Source: Thermoanaerobaculia bacterium (GTDB lineage Bacteria; Acidobacteriota; Thermoanaerobaculia; Multivoradales; Multivoraceae). From it: 64,000 nt of DNA. This document shows, in pieces, positions 63,801-64,000 of the stretch (position 1 is its first letter; the number at the start of each line of letters is the position of its first letter). The notes beneath the pieces were generated by a model, which was not told the DNA's origin, did no database searches, and was given only the letters and a program-made list of their open reading frames with translations. A program made the position numbers and the translations under genes. The DNA lies in NCBI GenBank assembly GCA_963666565.1, contig OY762911.1, forward strand, positions 2,528,001-2,592,000. The letters are read 5' to 3'.

Positions 63801-64000
63801 CGCCGGAATCGTCCTTCTCTTCCGACCGCTCGTAGTCGCCCCAGCGGACGGTGACCCGCAGAGCCGTGTCCCCTGCGAGGAAGCTCAGCCCCATCGACGA
63901 CGGGAAGAAGGCCTTCTTCGCCGCCTTGCGGTCCTCGCTCGATTCCTCGGCAAGGCCCGACCGTTCGGGAACCTCGTCGAGGTCGTCGTCGTCTTCGTCG
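60811..64000 (-). CDS. drmA: DISARM helicase DrmA (5' end beyond the window)
   Basis: Frame is open to the window edge (..DEDDDDLDE..FFPSSMGLSF). Motifs 'WRAFQLAFIL', 'FPTGGGKTEAY', 'RYTLRLLT', 'QDELH', 'ASTAT', 'ATNMISVG.D', 'YIQATSRVGR'. Its stop overlaps the drmB start (TGATG). Confidence 0.9.
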   Translation of the reverse strand, partial: DEDDDDLDEVPERSGLAEESSEDRKAAKKAFFPSSMGLSFLAGDTALRVTVRWGDYERSEEKDDSGGSRRFWLRTPREEVVPVDLGGGEGATVHDVPASGGLQLHIERRLISEIKAIPAGALAVTVFLVNNRQPADAFDDQEATYAFQAEIEVHGDRPFLRRPDLRSAQDDDWDEQVAALHYADAPRYATGHNVSAEWDQEEDGSCRTVRTAWIPSAEVEKTETFEPSGVDLSMDRLGALPGAADAEAALQPLTAAYREWIEDRRADLPGIDADHTETAEELLRRAEFAADRMERGVAALQRDEQALDAFRVANRAIAQALRRRNPDVFTENDPKWRAFQLAFILLNLAPLADPEDPHREFVDLLFFPTGGGKTEAYLGLAAFAIVLRRLRHPEAAGRAGAGVSVVMRYTLRLLTLDQLARAAGLVCALELERADDPERYGEWPFEIGLWVGKAATPNVLGRKGDGDSESARSKTTRYQREPDRNPSPIPLENCPWCGEQFTPDSFSLEPNKDEPRNLRVACAAWECEFSGDRPLPIVAVDEPLYRRLPCFLISTVDKFAALPWEARSGALLGGADRYDDAGFYGAAEPGRGQPLPAPLAGPDLIVQDELHLIAGPLGSMTGLYETAIEALSLRQSGGGGPAKPKIVASTATTRHARDQIQALFGRPVTQIFPPPGLTRRDSFFAQVKPPSETPARLYLGIASPGKNAKVMMRRVLLPLMAAAQKAYRDAGGRDNAANPADPYMTVLAYFNSLRELGGARRIVEEEVQNTLRRYGARRRIGQERRYFRDRSTYVEPLELTSRVSTADVAQARQRLGLPFHRSGRVDCALATNMISVGLDIQRLGLMVVLGQPKTNAEYIQATSRVGRDDARPGLVLTLLNVHKPRDRSYYERFRHYHETFYRAVEAGSVTPFAARALDRGMAGALVALARHAEPSLTPAQGVGRLADARAEIERRLVEAFRDRLHAQPLEEAEREEKLRSVRSRTADLLDSWQHVVDAYREVGTDVKYQRYERRAGQPLLREMLDTEFDSDHHRRFRANRSLRDVEPEVHLYVRDPAGGGER

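Overview
A very GC-rich bacterial chromosome segment, mostly housekeeping genes. It is probably from Acidobacteriota; this is inferred from the ClpC N-terminus 'FEKYNEKSRRALFFARYEAS', an acidobacterial-type VWA protein and the gene order. Core blocks are hisS-aspS-aroB-ftsY-ribD-ribE; lysS/punA/hpt; lolC-lolD-clpC-bamA-skp; lpxD-fabZ-lpxA-Gfo/Idh/MocA(gnnA-like)-mtnP-surE-pcm-apt-tRNA-Arg(CCT); tatA; yfgM-pdp; cinA-plsY-gpsA-guaA-lgt-thiD; VWA-YqjE/YqjK-like-DUF2064-nnr-tsaE; hbd-phoH-pgpH-ybeY/era-glnA. There are three accessory patches. The first (about 10.8-13.05 kb) holds a repeat-rich DUF1640-like coiled coil, a HAD remnant and an internally deleted PLD/wHTH gene. The second (34.35-35.0 kb) holds toxin-antitoxin debris with an orphan PIN toxin. 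The third is the right end, with DISARM drmA (partial) and drmB followed by an SH3-like/SprT metalloprotease gene instead of drmC. The most notable observations are the drmC-less DISARM-like locus with SprT, an in-frame YbeY-Era fusion, a Cys-less SPL-type radical-SAM-like protein fused to a PolX-type HhH domain, a minisatellite-derived 45-codon ORF coupling ftsY to ribD, repeated leaderless-promoter geometry, and REP/REPIN-like hairpins. All family calls come from motif recognition by eye, with no database searches. Start codons were hand-adjusted from the ORF track.
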